Assembly (NCBI RefSeq): GCF_000018785.1
Contig: NC_010163.1
Coordinates: 1,230,001-1,262,000, forward strand
DNA from: Acholeplasma laidlawii PG-8A
GTDB taxonomy: Bacteria; Bacillota_I; Bacilli_A; Acholeplasmatales; Acholeplasmataceae
Length of the DNA stretch: 32,000 bases
Direction: 5' to 3'
The notes under the pieces are model-generated. The model saw only the letters and a list, made by a program, of their open reading frames with translations, did not search any database and was not told where the DNA came from. Both the position numbers and the translations under genes were made by a program. Shown one piece after another: positions 8,329 to 17,637 of the stretch (positions are counted from its first letter, which is position 1; each line of letters starts with the position of its first letter).

Positions 8329-8367
8329 AAAAAAATCTAGACTGAAATGGTATTCAATCTAGACTGA
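8329..8367 (-). terminator. Terminator of the tyrS / lipid-kinase operon
   Basis: Two copies of aatctagactga (8334-8345 and 8356-8367) can pair through the self-complementary TCTAGA cores. A 7-nt U-run follows on the minus strand. Confidence 0.5.
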
Positions 8368-8379
8368 TTTTTCTATATT

Positions 8380-9222
8380 CTATTTATTTTTAAATACTTC
8401 AAACTCTCTTACAGGATATTCATGTTCACCATCTCTTTGAAGATAGCTATCTGTTAACATCGATACTTTGATGTGTTGTCCTTTGTAAAATCTTACAAAA
8501 TTTCTAAATATTTTATGCCATCCTAAATAGATAGTTGGAAATATCATAAAAATCAACCATCTAGGTACCTTTTTTATGACTACCAATTCTAAATGATTAA
8601 GTTTCCGTAATTTTTTAGGTGCGAGTTTCATACCGCCACCAAAATAAGGTGCGTTCATTGCTGTGACAAACCAAACTTTATTTTCTTCCCATACCTTACC
8701 ATCGACATCAATTAACACCGATACTGGTTTATAAGACATAAATGATTTAAAAGCATTCTTAAAATAGTTTGATTTATTCTTAGATTCCTTAGAAGTGTTC
8801 ACATTATAACAAACAAGTCCATCAAGACCAACACCAGCACCATTTAAAAATAATTCTTCTTTACCATTTACTTTTAAGATTGGTAGATTTTGAATGTATG
8901 GTTTAATGTCAACCAAGTGCTTTTTGGATTTAATGCTGCGCATAAAATCATTACCGGTACCTGCTTTATACATATAGATCTGTGGTTTTATTTCAATACC
9001 TTTAATTTGGTTTACAACACGGTTTAAAGTACCATCACCACCAATTAAGATCATACGATCCTCTTCATTATAACCATTTAAAAACTTTTCAACATCCCCT
9101 ATTTCAAGTAGGTTAACAATTTTAGATGATCTCTCTTCTTTGATTGCTTTTTTATGAAGTTTTTCTGCAATTTTTATATTTTTGCCCTTGTTTGATAATG
9201 GGTTATATAAGATTATCTCCAT
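8380..9222 (-). CDS. Diacylglycerol/lipid kinase family protein (DAGK catalytic domain, YegS/BmrU-like)
   Basis: The GGDGT motif (LIGGDGTLNRVV) and GTGNDF are present. The length is 280 aa. It starts 8 nt after the tyrS stop with no obvious SD sequence. Confidence 0.75.
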   Translation of the reverse strand: MEIILYNPLSNKGKNIKIAEKLHKKAIKEERSSKIVNLLEIGDVEKFLNGYNEEDRMILIGGDGTLNRVVNQIKGIEIKPQIYMYKAGTGNDFMRSIKSKKHLVDIKPYIQNLPILKVNGKEELFLNGAGVGLDGLVCYNVNTSKESKNKSNYFKNAFKSFMSYKPVSVLIDVDGKVWEENKVWFVTAMNAPYFGGGMKLAPKKLRKLNHLELVVIKKVPRWLIFMIFPTIYLGWHKIFRNFVRFYKGQHIKVSMLTDSYLQRDGEHEYPVREFEVFKNK

Positions 9223-9230
9223 CGCTATAT

Positions 9231-10472
9231 TTAAAATACGATGAGTGCGTATTTTTTCTTCCCTCTTCTAATGATTGCATATGTATCAAATGCTTTTGAT
9301 GTTTCTCCTACATTATACATGGAATCTGTTATCTTTTCACCTTGAATACTTATAGCACCATTTGAAATAAACTCTCTTGCTTCTCTGTTAGAGGAAGCAA
9401 GTTTTGATTTTACTACAAGCTCAATTAAACTTTCACCATTAAAACGCACCACGTCAATAACGCTTTCTAGTGTCTTATAAGCTGATTTTGTTAAACCATT
9501 AAACTCACCACTAAATAATGCTTCTGTTACTTGGAGTGCAGTTTCTAATTCTTCTTTACCATGTACTAATTCTACAACCGCTTTAGCTAATACTTTTTGA
9601 GCGTGGCGTAGCTCTGGTTTTTCACGGTGTGTTTCTAAAATGGCTTCAATCTCATCTTGTTCAATTAATGTTAGAAGTTTTAAGAATTGTTCAATATCTG
9701 TATCACTACTATTTAAAAAGTATTGGTATAACTCATAAGGTGATGTAAGTTCTTTATCTAGCCATAATGCACCAGATTCTGATTTACCAAATTTTGTACC
9801 ATCCGCTTTTAATAATAGTGGGCTAGATAATCCAACTGCATCATTTTTACCTAATACACGGCGAATCAGTTCTAATCCAGATGTTAAGTTACCCCATTGG
9901 TCTGATCCACCAAATTGAATTTTAACATCACGGTTTTGGTATAGATTTAACCAGTCAATGGACTGTAAAATCATATAAGAAAACTCTGTATAAGAAATAC
10001 CTGATTCTAATCTTTTTTGAACCGTATCTTTATGTAACATATAAGATACACTAAAATGTTTTCCATAATCTCTTAAGAAACTAATTAAATCGATTTTAGA
10101 TAACCATTCATAGTTATTTACAAACTCTACATTACCTTTAATAAGTCCTTTGATTTGGTTTTCAATTTTCTGAGCATTTTCAAGTGATTTTTCAAGTGTT
10201 AATAAAGAACGTTCACTTGTTTCTCTTGGATCTCCAATCAAACCTGTACCACCACCAATTAATACAACCGGTGTATGTCCATGTTTTTGTAGGTATAACA
10301 TACGTACAATTTGGACTAAGTGTCCGACTGTTAAAGATTCACCTGTTGGGTCATAACCCACATAAAATTTAATTTTTTGTTCATTTAATAATTGTTTAGC
10401 AAGTTCAAGATCACTAACATCTTTGACCATGCCTCTATATTCTAGTTGTTTAAATAAGTCCATTTTCTTCAC
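9231..10472 (-). CDS. tyrS: Tyrosine--tRNA ligase
   Basis: [14 protein letters not shown] (HIGH region), KFGKSE (KMSKS-like) and a C-terminal S4-like domain are present. The length is 413 aa. The upstream T-box has a UAC specifier. Confidence 0.92.
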
Positions 10473-10477
10473 TATCC

Positions 10478-10705
10478 TTCTTTATACTTTCATATCTTAT
10501 CATAATTTATTAAAAAATAAGTCCCTAGGTTGAAAAATCAACCTAAGGACGCATTATATCGTGGTACCACCTTAGTTCACATTGCTGTGCACTCATTTAT
10601 TTCATTTAATCTCATTAGTTGTACTTCATACATATCATTAACTTCTAGTCTTCCACCATATACTAGATCTCTTTTTATAAGTTGATATATATTACTTAAG
10701 TCTAA
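10478..10705 (-). promoter_or_regulatory. T-box riboswitch (tRNA-Tyr-responsive leader) of tyrS
   Basis: Elements on the minus strand, with plus-strand coordinates:
- AGAGA at 10668-10672
- GGTGGAA distal loop at 10651-10657
- specifier UAC followed by A at 10621-10623
- T-box AAGGTGGTACCACG at 10560-10573
- terminator gtccttaggttga...tcaacctagggac plus U-run at 10512-10550. Confidence 0.9.
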
Positions 10706-10717
10706 ATCATCGATCGA

Positions 10718-11710
10718 TTAAATTGATTCTCTGTTAATAATTCTGTGAGGTAAGATGATTCTTGTATTTTCAACATCTTGAGATTGCATTAACTTGGTTA
10801 ATAATCTCATAGAAACAGCACCAATATCATATACTGGAATATCAATAGATGTTAATTCAGGTCTTGATAATGTTGCATACTTGGTATTTTGGAAACCAGC
10901 AATTTTTAAGTTCTCTGGCACTTTTTTACCGTTATTGATTGCTGTGTTTAAAAATGATACTGCAATAGAGTCTCTAACTGCAATTGCCCCATCTACATTA
11001 ATATCTGCAAAGAATGTCTCAAAGTGCGGTTTATTAATCGATGTGTCACCACTGGTTCTAAAAATCATTGGTTCAAGTTTAGCTTCAACCATAGCCTTTG
11101 TATAACCTTCTTCTTTTTTATCATTCACACTATATCTTCTAGCTGTTGATAGTAAGTAAATGTCTTTACAGTTCTTTTCAATTAATTTTTTAGTAATTTC
11201 ATATCCTGCTTTAACATAGTCAATCGATACAGTAGGTACGATTGGATCTGATGTTGCAACATTAGCAAACACATAAGGAATCTTGTTTTCATTAAACATA
11301 CGTTTAATTAATTCAACATCTTTATCGCTTAATTCATCATTTAAATAAAGAATGCCATCCACTTGTTCTGCAACAATATTTTGTAAGGTATCTAGTACAT
11401 CAGCTTCATCATGTATGGTAAAAAGTTTAATAGAATATTTATACTTTTCAGCAATATCAGCAATACCGCCTAACATTTCAGAAACAGATGCTCTAGTAAT
11501 ATCTGAAATGACAACACCGACTGTTGTTGTTTTTCTACTCGCTAGACCTCTAGCGATAACGTTTGGTCTATAACCTAACTCTTTAATTACTTTTAAAACA
11601 CGTAAACGCGTTTCTTCTTTAACCTTCTCTGGTGAATTTAAAACTCTGGAAACTGTAGCTAATGAAACACCTGCAGCCCCAGCAACGTCATAAATAGTTG
11701 CATTACTCAT
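10718..11710 (-). CDS. LacI-family transcriptional regulator (CcpA-like)
   Basis: The N-terminal HTH is ATIYDVAGAAGVSLATVSRVLN, followed by a periplasmic-binding-protein-like sugar-binding fold. The start is set at ATG 11710 behind AAAGGAG. The track's GTG at 11758 lies inside the operator and promoter. Confidence 0.85.
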   Translation of the reverse strand: MSNATIYDVAGAAGVSLATVSRVLNSPEKVKEETRLRVLKVIKELGYRPNVIARGLASRKTTTVGVVISDITRASVSEMLGGIADIAEKYKYSIKLFTIHDEADVLDTLQNIVAEQVDGILYLNDELSDKDVELIKRMFNENKIPYVFANVATSDPIVPTVSIDYVKAGYEITKKLIEKNCKDIYLLSTARRYSVNDKKEEGYTKAMVEAKLEPMIFRTSGDTSINKPHFETFFADINVDGAIAVRDSIAVSFLNTAINNGKKVPENLKIAGFQNTKYATLSRPELTSIDIPVYDIGAVSMRLLTKLMQSQDVENTRIILPHRIINRESI

Positions 11711-11735
11711 AGATATCACTCCTTTAATATTACAA

Positions 11736-11764
11736 ATTATATCATATATTGTAAGCACTTACAA
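11736..11764 (-). promoter_or_regulatory. Promoter of the LacI-family gene
   Basis: On the minus strand: TTGTAA, a 17-nt spacer, then TGaTATAAT (extended -10). Confidence 0.55.
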
Positions 11765-11767
11765 TAT
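11746..11767. promoter_or_regulatory. Perfect 10+10 palindrome with a cre-like core (probable autoregulatory operator)
   Basis: ATATTGTAAG-CA-CTTACAATAT is the palindrome. Its core TGTAAGCACTTACA matches the cre consensus at 13 of 14 positions. It overlaps the -35 box and spacer of the LacI-family promoter. Confidence 0.55.
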
Positions 11768-11831
11768 GTAATGTAACAAAATGTAAAAACTTTCATAAAC
11801 CGAACATATTATACATAAAAATTGTATTTAT

Positions 11832-11869
11832 AAAAAGAAGAGCACTCAAGTACTAGGCTTGAGTGCTCC
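11832..11869 (-). terminator. Terminator of rplS
   Basis: On the minus strand: gagcactcaag-cctagta-cttgagtgctc followed by ttcttttt. Confidence 0.75.
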
Positions 11870-11881
11870 ACTATCAACAAA

Positions 11882-12244
11882 TTAGTTTTGTTTTCTTTCT
11901 TTAATACGTGCAGCTTTTTTACTTAAAGTACGGATGTAATTTAATTTAGCTCTACGTACCACACCGTAACGAATGACTTCAATACGATCTACTGCAGGTG
12001 AGTGTACTGGGAATGTTCTTTCAACACCAATACCACTTGATAATTTACGTACTGTAAATGTTTCACCAATGCCAGCGCCTTGACGTTTAATTACTAAACC
12101 TTCAAATAACTGGATTCTTTCTTTCGCGCCTTCTTTAATTTTAACGTAAACACCAACAGTGTCTCCTGCGTTAAAACTTGGGCGTTCCATTAAGTGCTTT
12201 TTTGTGATTTCAGCGATTAACGCTTGACCTTTTAGTTTTGCCAT
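11882..12244 (-). CDS. rplS: 50S ribosomal protein L19
   Basis: The 120-aa sequence is typical of L19 and sits in the conserved position after trmD. Confidence 0.92.
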   Translation of the reverse strand: MAKLKGQALIAEITKKHLMERPSFNAGDTVGVYVKIKEGAKERIQLFEGLVIKRQGAGIGETFTVRKLSSGIGVERTFPVHSPAVDRIEVIRYGVVRRAKLNYIRTLSKKAARIKERKQN

Positions 12245-12328
12245 ATAACGATTCTCCTTATTCTACGTCTGTTCTTGAGTAGATAAAACTCAGCGGACCA
12301 GCGTGCTTTTTAAATTATACATGAAACC

Positions 12329-13060
12329 CTATTGGGATTCAAGATTTTTTTTTATTTTACTTAATATCTTACTTTCTTCCTTGGTAAGATCTCTATTCAC
12401 TAATAAATCAGGTCTTTTGAGATATGTTTTCTCTAAACTCTTCTCTAAGCGCCATAATCTAATTTTTTCATGATGTCCAGATTTTAATATATCTGGAACG
12501 CTCATGCCTAAATATTCATCAGGTTTAGTATATTGTGGGTATTTAAGTAACCCTTGTTGATGGGTATCTTCCATGTAAGATGCTTCATTAATCACACCAG
12601 GAATTAACCTTGTAATACTGTCTGTAATCACCATTGCAGGTATCTCACCGCCAGTTAATACATAATCACCAATACTTATTTCTTCATCGATTAAGTTTTG
12701 AATACGATCATCAATACCTTCATAATGCCCACAAATTAAAATTAAGTGTTTAATTTCATCACGCCACTTGGTTGCTACTTGTTGATTGAAGACATTACCT
12801 TGTGGTGATAATAAAACTGTATACGTATCTTTAGTTTTTAATTTGTTAATAAGTTTATGAAAAGGTGGATAGATCATTAACATACCCGCACCACCACCAT
12901 AGGGTGTATCATCAATTTTTCCACCTTTTAAATCGGTATACAATCTTAAGTCGTGGATATTGATTTCCACACGCTTATCTTCGATTGCATGCTTGATTTT
13001 AGATGTTGTTAAAAATTGATCAAAGAAGTTTGGGAAGATTGTAATAATATCAATAATCAT
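12329..13060 (-). CDS. trmD: tRNA (guanine37-N1)-methyltransferase
   Basis: MIIDIITIFPNFF, YGGGAGM and GHYEGIDDR are TrmD motifs. A 4-nt ATGA overlap links it to rimM. Confidence 0.92.
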   Translation of the reverse strand: MIIDIITIFPNFFDQFLTTSKIKHAIEDKRVEINIHDLRLYTDLKGGKIDDTPYGGGAGMLMIYPPFHKLINKLKTKDTYTVLLSPQGNVFNQQVATKWRDEIKHLILICGHYEGIDDRIQNLIDEEISIGDYVLTGGEIPAMVITDSITRLIPGVINEASYMEDTHQQGLLKYPQYTKPDEYLGMSVPDILKSGHHEKIRLWRLEKSLEKTYLKRPDLLVNRDLTKEESKILSKIKKNLESQ

Positions 13061-13536
13061 ATTAAACCTTCTATCGTTTCAATGTGAATAGATGTTTCAT
13101 CAACTGATTTAATGAATTTATCTATAAACGGTATAAGCACTGTCTTACCGTTATCATCTCTAAGAATTCTTAGGAGATAACCTTGTGGTACATCCACTAA
13201 TTCTAAGACTGTTCCAATCAAATAATTATGTTGATCATATACTTTAAGACCAATTAATTTGGGCAGATGAAATGCATCTGATTCTAAATCAAGAGGCTCT
13301 TCATCCGTATAAATTTCTTGTTGTTTTAAGTGTTCCACGTCAGTTAAAGTTGGATAGCCTACAAATGAGACTAATAATAAATCCTTTTGCTCTCTAACAG
13401 TTTGAATTTTGTATTTAGTGTCTTTAATGATAACATCAAAACCTTTTACAAAACGATCAAAATCTGTATGGGGTTTAATTTTAACTTCACCCTTGATGCC
13501 GTGGGTTTGCACCACTTTACCAATAGAATACAACAT
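13057..13536 (-). CDS. rimM: 16S rRNA processing protein RimM
   Basis: IGKVVQTHGIKGEVKI is the N-terminal RimM motif, and a PRC-barrel-like C-terminus follows. The gene order is conserved. Confidence 0.88.
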   Translation of the reverse strand: MLYSIGKVVQTHGIKGEVKIKPHTDFDRFVKGFDVIIKDTKYKIQTVREQKDLLLVSFVGYPTLTDVEHLKQQEIYTDEEPLDLESDAFHLPKLIGLKVYDQHNYLIGTVLELVDVPQGYLLRILRDDNGKTVLIPFIDKFIKSVDETSIHIETIEGLI

Positions 13537-13539
13537 TGA

Positions 13540-13788
13540 TTAATACGTATCGATGTGTAAATGGACACGTTTACCAACTTTAGATGCACCTGCATAAACG
13601 ATGGTACGGATTGCAGTTGCAATCTTTCCACCTTTACCAATTACACGACCTAAATCTTGTTCATTTACAAGTAATTGAATATGAACGATTTGATCATCTT
13701 CTGATAATACTTTTACAGAAACATCATCTGGGGAAACCACTAATGGCGTAACTATTTGTTTGATTAACTTTGCAAAATCTACTGCCAT
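13540..13788 (-). CDS. khpA: KH-domain RNA-binding protein (YlqC/KhpA family)
   Basis: The protein is 82 aa with the GRVIGKGGKIATAIR GxxG KH motif. It lies between rpsP and rimM, as is typical in Firmicutes. Confidence 0.85.
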   Translation of the reverse strand: MAVDFAKLIKQIVTPLVVSPDDVSVKVLSEDDQIVHIQLLVNEQDLGRVIGKGGKIATAIRTIVYAGASKVGKRVHLHIDTY

Positions 13789-13809
13789 ATGTTTGACCCC
13801 CTTTTATAA

Positions 13810-14052
13810 TTATTTGTTTAAAACATTAAACTTTTTGAATAAACTCTTTACTGTGTCTGTAGGTTGTGCACCGTTATTCATCCAAGCTTGAACTTTTTCG
13901 CTATCAACTGCTACAGCGCCTTTGATTGGTTCATAAGTTCCAACTATTTCTAAGAATTTTCCATCTCTTGGTGCTTTAGCATCAGCTGCTACAATTCTGT
14001 AGAATGGACGTTTATGATTACCAAAACGTTGTAAACGTAATTTAACTGCCAT
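13810..14052 (-). CDS. rpsP: 30S ribosomal protein S16
   Basis: [24 protein letters not shown] is the canonical S16 N-terminus. Confidence 0.93.
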   Translation of the reverse strand: MAVKLRLQRFGNHKRPFYRIVAADAKAPRDGKFLEIVGTYEPIKGAVAVDSEKVQAWMNNGAQPTDTVKSLFKKFNVLNK

Positions 14053-14089
14053 ATTATTTTCTCCTTATATCTAAATTTAATTCCATACT

Positions 14090-14117
14090 ATTTTAACACA
14101 ATAATAACATCTGTCAA
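14090..14117 (-). promoter_or_regulatory. Putative promoter of the rpsP operon
   Basis: On the minus strand: TTGACA, a 16-nt spacer, then TGtTAAAAT. Confidence 0.5.
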
Positions 14118-14136
14118 GTAGTTTTGGTTGACAATG

Positions 14137-14367
14137 TTATATATTGGCATTTTCGTCATAAAATAGTGAAGGAGTTACCCCAATAAACCCTTTAACATTC
14201 TTTAGATGATTGACTAAAAGCTTTTCACCCTTAGCTTCATCAAGGTATACAATCGCGTAATTAAATTTTTTAGAGATGTAAGTTAGATTCACATCCATCT
14301 TACTTAATCTTTTAGGTACTTCTTTACCTTTAAAGTCGACTATAAATGCACATCTTTTTATTTCCAT
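14137..14367 (-). CDS. UPF0298/DUF2129 family protein (YlbG-like)
   Basis: VNLTYISKKFNYAIVYLDE...GFIGVTPS resembles the YlbG family. The start is set at ATG 14367 (MEIKR...) behind GGAAGG, which removes the overlap with the upstream gene. Confidence 0.6.
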   Translation of the reverse strand: MEIKRCAFIVDFKGKEVPKRLSKMDVNLTYISKKFNYAIVYLDEAKGEKLLVNHLKNVKGFIGVTPSLFYDENANI

Positions 14368-14371
14368 AGTA

Positions 14372-15070
14372 TTACCTTCCAAATATATCGTTTTCTTCAA
14401 TTTCTTTATATGTTCCCGGTTCTAGATCAAGTGTTAGAGCACCAATTTGAATTCTCTTTAAATTAGTCACCAAAAACCCAACTTCTAAAAACATCTTTTT
14501 AACTTGATGAAATTTACCTTCATCAATGGTTATATATGCAACATCTTCCTTATAATGTAGGTCTAGTGCTATACCGATATAAGGCATGCCATCTTCACCC
14601 ATAATTTCAACACCTTGAAGTAGTTTTAACTTGGATGACTCGTTAAAGTGTTTATCGAGTTTAGCTTCATATACTTTTCTGATTTTCTTCTTAGGGTGTG
14701 TGATTTGGTGAACCAAATCACCACTCGTTGTAAGAATGACTAACCCTTCAGAATCATAATCTAATCTACCTGCGATCTTTAAATCATATTGATTATAAGG
14801 TGCACCGATTAGTTCAAATAATGATGGGTAAATTTCTGCTTTATGACTTGATAAATAGCCTGCAGGTTTATAAAAGGAAAGTATGACATTTTCTTTATAA
14901 ATGACTTCGGTGCCATTAACGAATATTTTATCATAATTTGGGTCAATTTTAACATCGGATGATTTAACGGTTAAATTACCCACTTTAACAAGCCCGTTTT
15001 TAACCATTAATTTAATTTCTTTTCTACTCCCATAATTTAAGTTAGAGAGGAATTTGTCTAGTCTCATCAT
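14372..15070 (-). CDS. rRNA pseudouridine synthase, RsuA/RluB family
   Basis: The N-terminal S4 domain is MRLDKFLSN...GSRKE. GRLDYDSEGLVILT carries the catalytic Asp motif. The start is probably the second ATG at 15067, judging by spacing from AAGGAG. Confidence 0.85.
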   Translation of the reverse strand: MMRLDKFLSNLNYGSRKEIKLMVKNGLVKVGNLTVKSSDVKIDPNYDKIFVNGTEVIYKENVILSFYKPAGYLSSHKAEIYPSLFELIGAPYNQYDLKIAGRLDYDSEGLVILTTSGDLVHQITHPKKKIRKVYEAKLDKHFNESSKLKLLQGVEIMGEDGMPYIGIALDLHYKEDVAYITIDEGKFHQVKKMFLEVGFLVTNLKRIQIGALTLDLEPGTYKEIEENDIFGR

Positions 15071-15080
15071 AATCTCCTTA

Positions 15081-15089
15081 TGATATAAT
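15081..15089 (+). promoter_or_regulatory. Extended -10 element upstream of def
   Basis: TGATATAAT lies about 22 nt upstream of the def ATG, with the AGAGGTG RBS in between. Confidence 0.4.
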
Positions 15090-15110
15090 ATGTCTTAGAG
15101 GTGAATACAT

Positions 15111-15698
15111 ATGATTAAAATGAACCATATCATTAGGGAAGGACACCCTAGTTTAACAACCCCATCAAAACCCGTCCTATTACCATTATCTCAAAAAGAT
15201 ATAGATTTAGGTAAATCTCTAATAGAATATGTGAAAAATAGTCAAGATGATGCAATGGTTAAAAAACATCGCCTTCGCCCATCTGTTGGACTAGCTGCAC
15301 CACAAATTAACGAATTAAAAAGAATGTTTGCTATGCATGTAGAAGATATGGACGGTACCCTTTATTCTTACGTGATGATTAACCCTGAAATTGTTGGTCA
15401 TACTCACGAAGAAACCTACCTACCTGGTGGTGAAGGATGTCTTTCAGTAGACCGTGCAACAAGTGGTTTAACACCAAGATACTACGGTATCATGGTAAGA
15501 GGCTATCATCTTGATTTTGAAAGCTTAACGGCTAAACCAATTGAGTTAACCTTAGAAGGTTATCCTGCAATTGTATTCCAACACGAATATGATCATTTAG
15601 ACGGTATTATGTTTACATCTAAATTATATCCTAACTTACCAAATGCATTCCCGTTATTCGAAACATCTGAGGAAGAATCAGAACCGATTGCTGAATAA
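15111..15698 (+). CDS. def: Peptide deformylase
   Basis: All three PDF motifs are present: GLAAPQI, EGCLS and QHEYDHLDG. Confidence 0.92.
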   Translation: MIKMNHIIREGHPSLTTPSKPVLLPLSQKDIDLGKSLIEYVKNSQDDAMVKKHRLRPSVGLAAPQINELKRMFAMHVEDMDGTLYSYVMINPEIVGHTHEETYLPGGEGCLSVDRATSGLTPRYYGIMVRGYHLDFESLTAKPIELTLEGYPAIVFQHEYDHLDGIMFTSKLYPNLPNAFPLFETSEEESEPIAE

Positions 15699-15702
15699 AC
15701 TT

Positions 15703-15747
15703 AAGGCTTAGAACCCAAATTGATATGAGTTCTAAGCCTTTTATTTT
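15703..15747 (+). terminator. Terminator of def
   Basis: aaggcttagaac-...-gttctaagcctt forms a 12-bp stem, followed by ttatttttat. Confidence 0.7.
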
Positions 15748-15763
15748 TATTGATTATTTTAAA

Positions 15764-17623
15764 TTAAACTGTAACACCAACAGAGACAACTGGTTTATAT
15801 CTAAACTCTGCAATGTTGTGTGATTTTTGTACCACATCTTTATTTCCATAGTAATCAAGTACTTCAACTTCAAGTTCTTCAATACGTGTGATTTGACCAT
15901 TTAGATATTGGTTTAATTTAAGTATGGCTGTATCTATTCTTTGTAAGATACCACCAATTCTTAAATCTTGAATCTCATAACCAAATGCTTTATTTTCTAG
16001 ATACCATTGTTTCATAAAGGCGTCTTTAAATTCAACAATTAGTTTTTTAGTTTGTTTTAGATCGCGTAAGGATTTTAATAAACCATCTTTATCTTTTCGT
16101 TGATACGAACCTCTAAGTTCAACACCTAATAACACTTTTTTCTTTAAGACTTTGAGCAGGGCAAATTGAGTTTCAAATATATATCTATATTCACCATAGT
16201 TATCCATTTGTTTTTTCATCTTATTGACATGTTTTGTATAGATTTTAGGATAGTGTGCTTCTGTCGTTGAATCTAGTAGTCCTAGTAAGATGTCATTATA
16301 TAGGAAGTGTTTATTTGCAGTTGATTTGTGTGCTAAGTTATTTGTGAGTTGGTTCGCACTATCAATTAGCATGAAGGCATCAAAGTCTACTTTGGTAACC
16401 ACTTTAAATGTATGTTTAAATGCATCATCAATCTCTTGGTGTCCATATTTCAATACACCATTATAAGCAAGTGAAGGTAGAATTGAAAACGGTGATGCTT
16501 CTGCTCCATTATCGCCCCATGAGGTGATAATGACATTATCTACACCTTTATTTGCACAAGCAATCATACTTGCTTTATTTGCTGCTAAACTAAAACGGTT
16601 ATCCGGTGTGAATCCAATCCATTTCCATGCACCACCTGCAAAATAAATTGGGTTATTAAATGCTTGATGTTTTTCAATCATTTTTTCATAATGATCGACA
16701 TCCGTATGATAATAGTCCCAATAAACTAAACTAACTTCTTTAGGTACTTGATCAATGGTTGATTGAGGAATTTGTTTTTCCTTGTTGTAGTAATCTCCCC
16801 AACCTTGAGCAAAGAACATATCTGACCACATCATAGGTTCTAACCCGTATTTTTTACAAATATCTAGTACTCTTCTTAAGTGTTTAACCATGATTTCAAA
16901 TCTATTTTGATAACCATTTTTATCTAGGTATTTACCACGACCTAACATGTAAGCCTCATCCATACCAATGTTAATCTTTTTAGATTTAAAGGTAGTTGCA
17001 ACTGTTTGAATCATCTTTTCGATGAACTCATAGGTTTTTTCTTCACCTACTAATAAAATATCTAAGGTATCAAATAAATGACCGTATTGACGATATCTTG
17101 TAATGGCATTTAAATGAGCTAGTGTTTGGATACAAGGTACTAACTCCATACCTAACTCTTCAGCAAACTCTTCAATTTCTTGAAGTTCTACTTTGGTATA
17201 TGCACCGCGCATATAGCCAAAGAAAGGTTCACCTTCCATTTCAAATGTATCTTCTGTATAAAGTTGAAGTGCATCATAACCAAAGATAACTAAGTTTAAT
17301 AGATAGTCTTTCACTGTTTCTGTGGTTGCTACTGCATTTCTTGATGCATCTAACATGAACGTTAAGTTCTTAATCTTTTTTGGATAGTCTATTTTAAATG
17401 TTGCCTTATCTTCGTTTTCTTTAAATACTCTTAAAGCTACGTAGAGTTCATTGTGTGAGCTGATTTGAATATTTAAGTGTGTCGATGTTTTTTCCACACT
17501 TAAATGTGGTGCTAATGCTACATGAACCACAAGTCCATTATCACCAAGCTCTATACCTAACTTTTCTGCTACAAGACTAAATCCATTTTGGTATTTTAAA
17601 TCTAAGTTTTTGATACTTAACAT
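15764..17623 (-). CDS. GH20-family beta-N-acetylhexosaminidase, apparently cytoplasmic
   Basis: NIGMDEA matches the GH20 catalytic D-E pair (H/NxGxDE), within a TIM-barrel-like region. The length is 619 aa. There is no signal peptide or lipobox. Confidence 0.7.
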   Translation of the reverse strand: MLSIKNLDLKYQNGFSLVAEKLGIELGDNGLVVHVALAPHLSVEKTSTHLNIQISSHNELYVALRVFKENEDKATFKIDYPKKIKNLTFMLDASRNAVATTETVKDYLLNLVIFGYDALQLYTEDTFEMEGEPFFGYMRGAYTKVELQEIEEFAEELGMELVPCIQTLAHLNAITRYRQYGHLFDTLDILLVGEEKTYEFIEKMIQTVATTFKSKKINIGMDEAYMLGRGKYLDKNGYQNRFEIMVKHLRRVLDICKKYGLEPMMWSDMFFAQGWGDYYNKEKQIPQSTIDQVPKEVSLVYWDYYHTDVDHYEKMIEKHQAFNNPIYFAGGAWKWIGFTPDNRFSLAANKASMIACANKGVDNVIITSWGDNGAEASPFSILPSLAYNGVLKYGHQEIDDAFKHTFKVVTKVDFDAFMLIDSANQLTNNLAHKSTANKHFLYNDILLGLLDSTTEAHYPKIYTKHVNKMKKQMDNYGEYRYIFETQFALLKVLKKKVLLGVELRGSYQRKDKDGLLKSLRDLKQTKKLIVEFKDAFMKQWYLENKAFGYEIQDLRIGGILQRIDTAILKLNQYLNGQITRIEELEVEVLDYYGNKDVVQKSHNIAEFRYKPVVSVGVTV

Positions 17624-17637
17624 ATTTACGCCCTTCC

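Noticed and set aside
8334-8367. A direct repeat aatctagactga x2, 22 bp apart, considered as an iteron or operator.
   Set aside because: Each copy contains the self-complementary TCTAGA. The two copies can therefore pair as a hairpin, and a U-run follows on the minus strand directly after the lipid-kinase stop. A terminator is the simpler explanation.
10184-10372. A 62-aa + ORF antisense to tyrS.
   Set aside because: It lies within conserved tyrS and has no translation signals.
10794-11573. Two + strand ORFs (10794-11105 and 11352-11573) antisense to the LacI-family gene.
   Set aside because: Both are embedded in a motif-supported CDS on the other strand. They are low-complexity, have no RBS and no known domain.
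13446-13640. A 64-aa minus-strand ORF spanning the khpA/rimM junction in another frame.
   Set aside because: It overlaps two well-supported genes on the same strand out of frame. It is an artefact of an open alternative frame.
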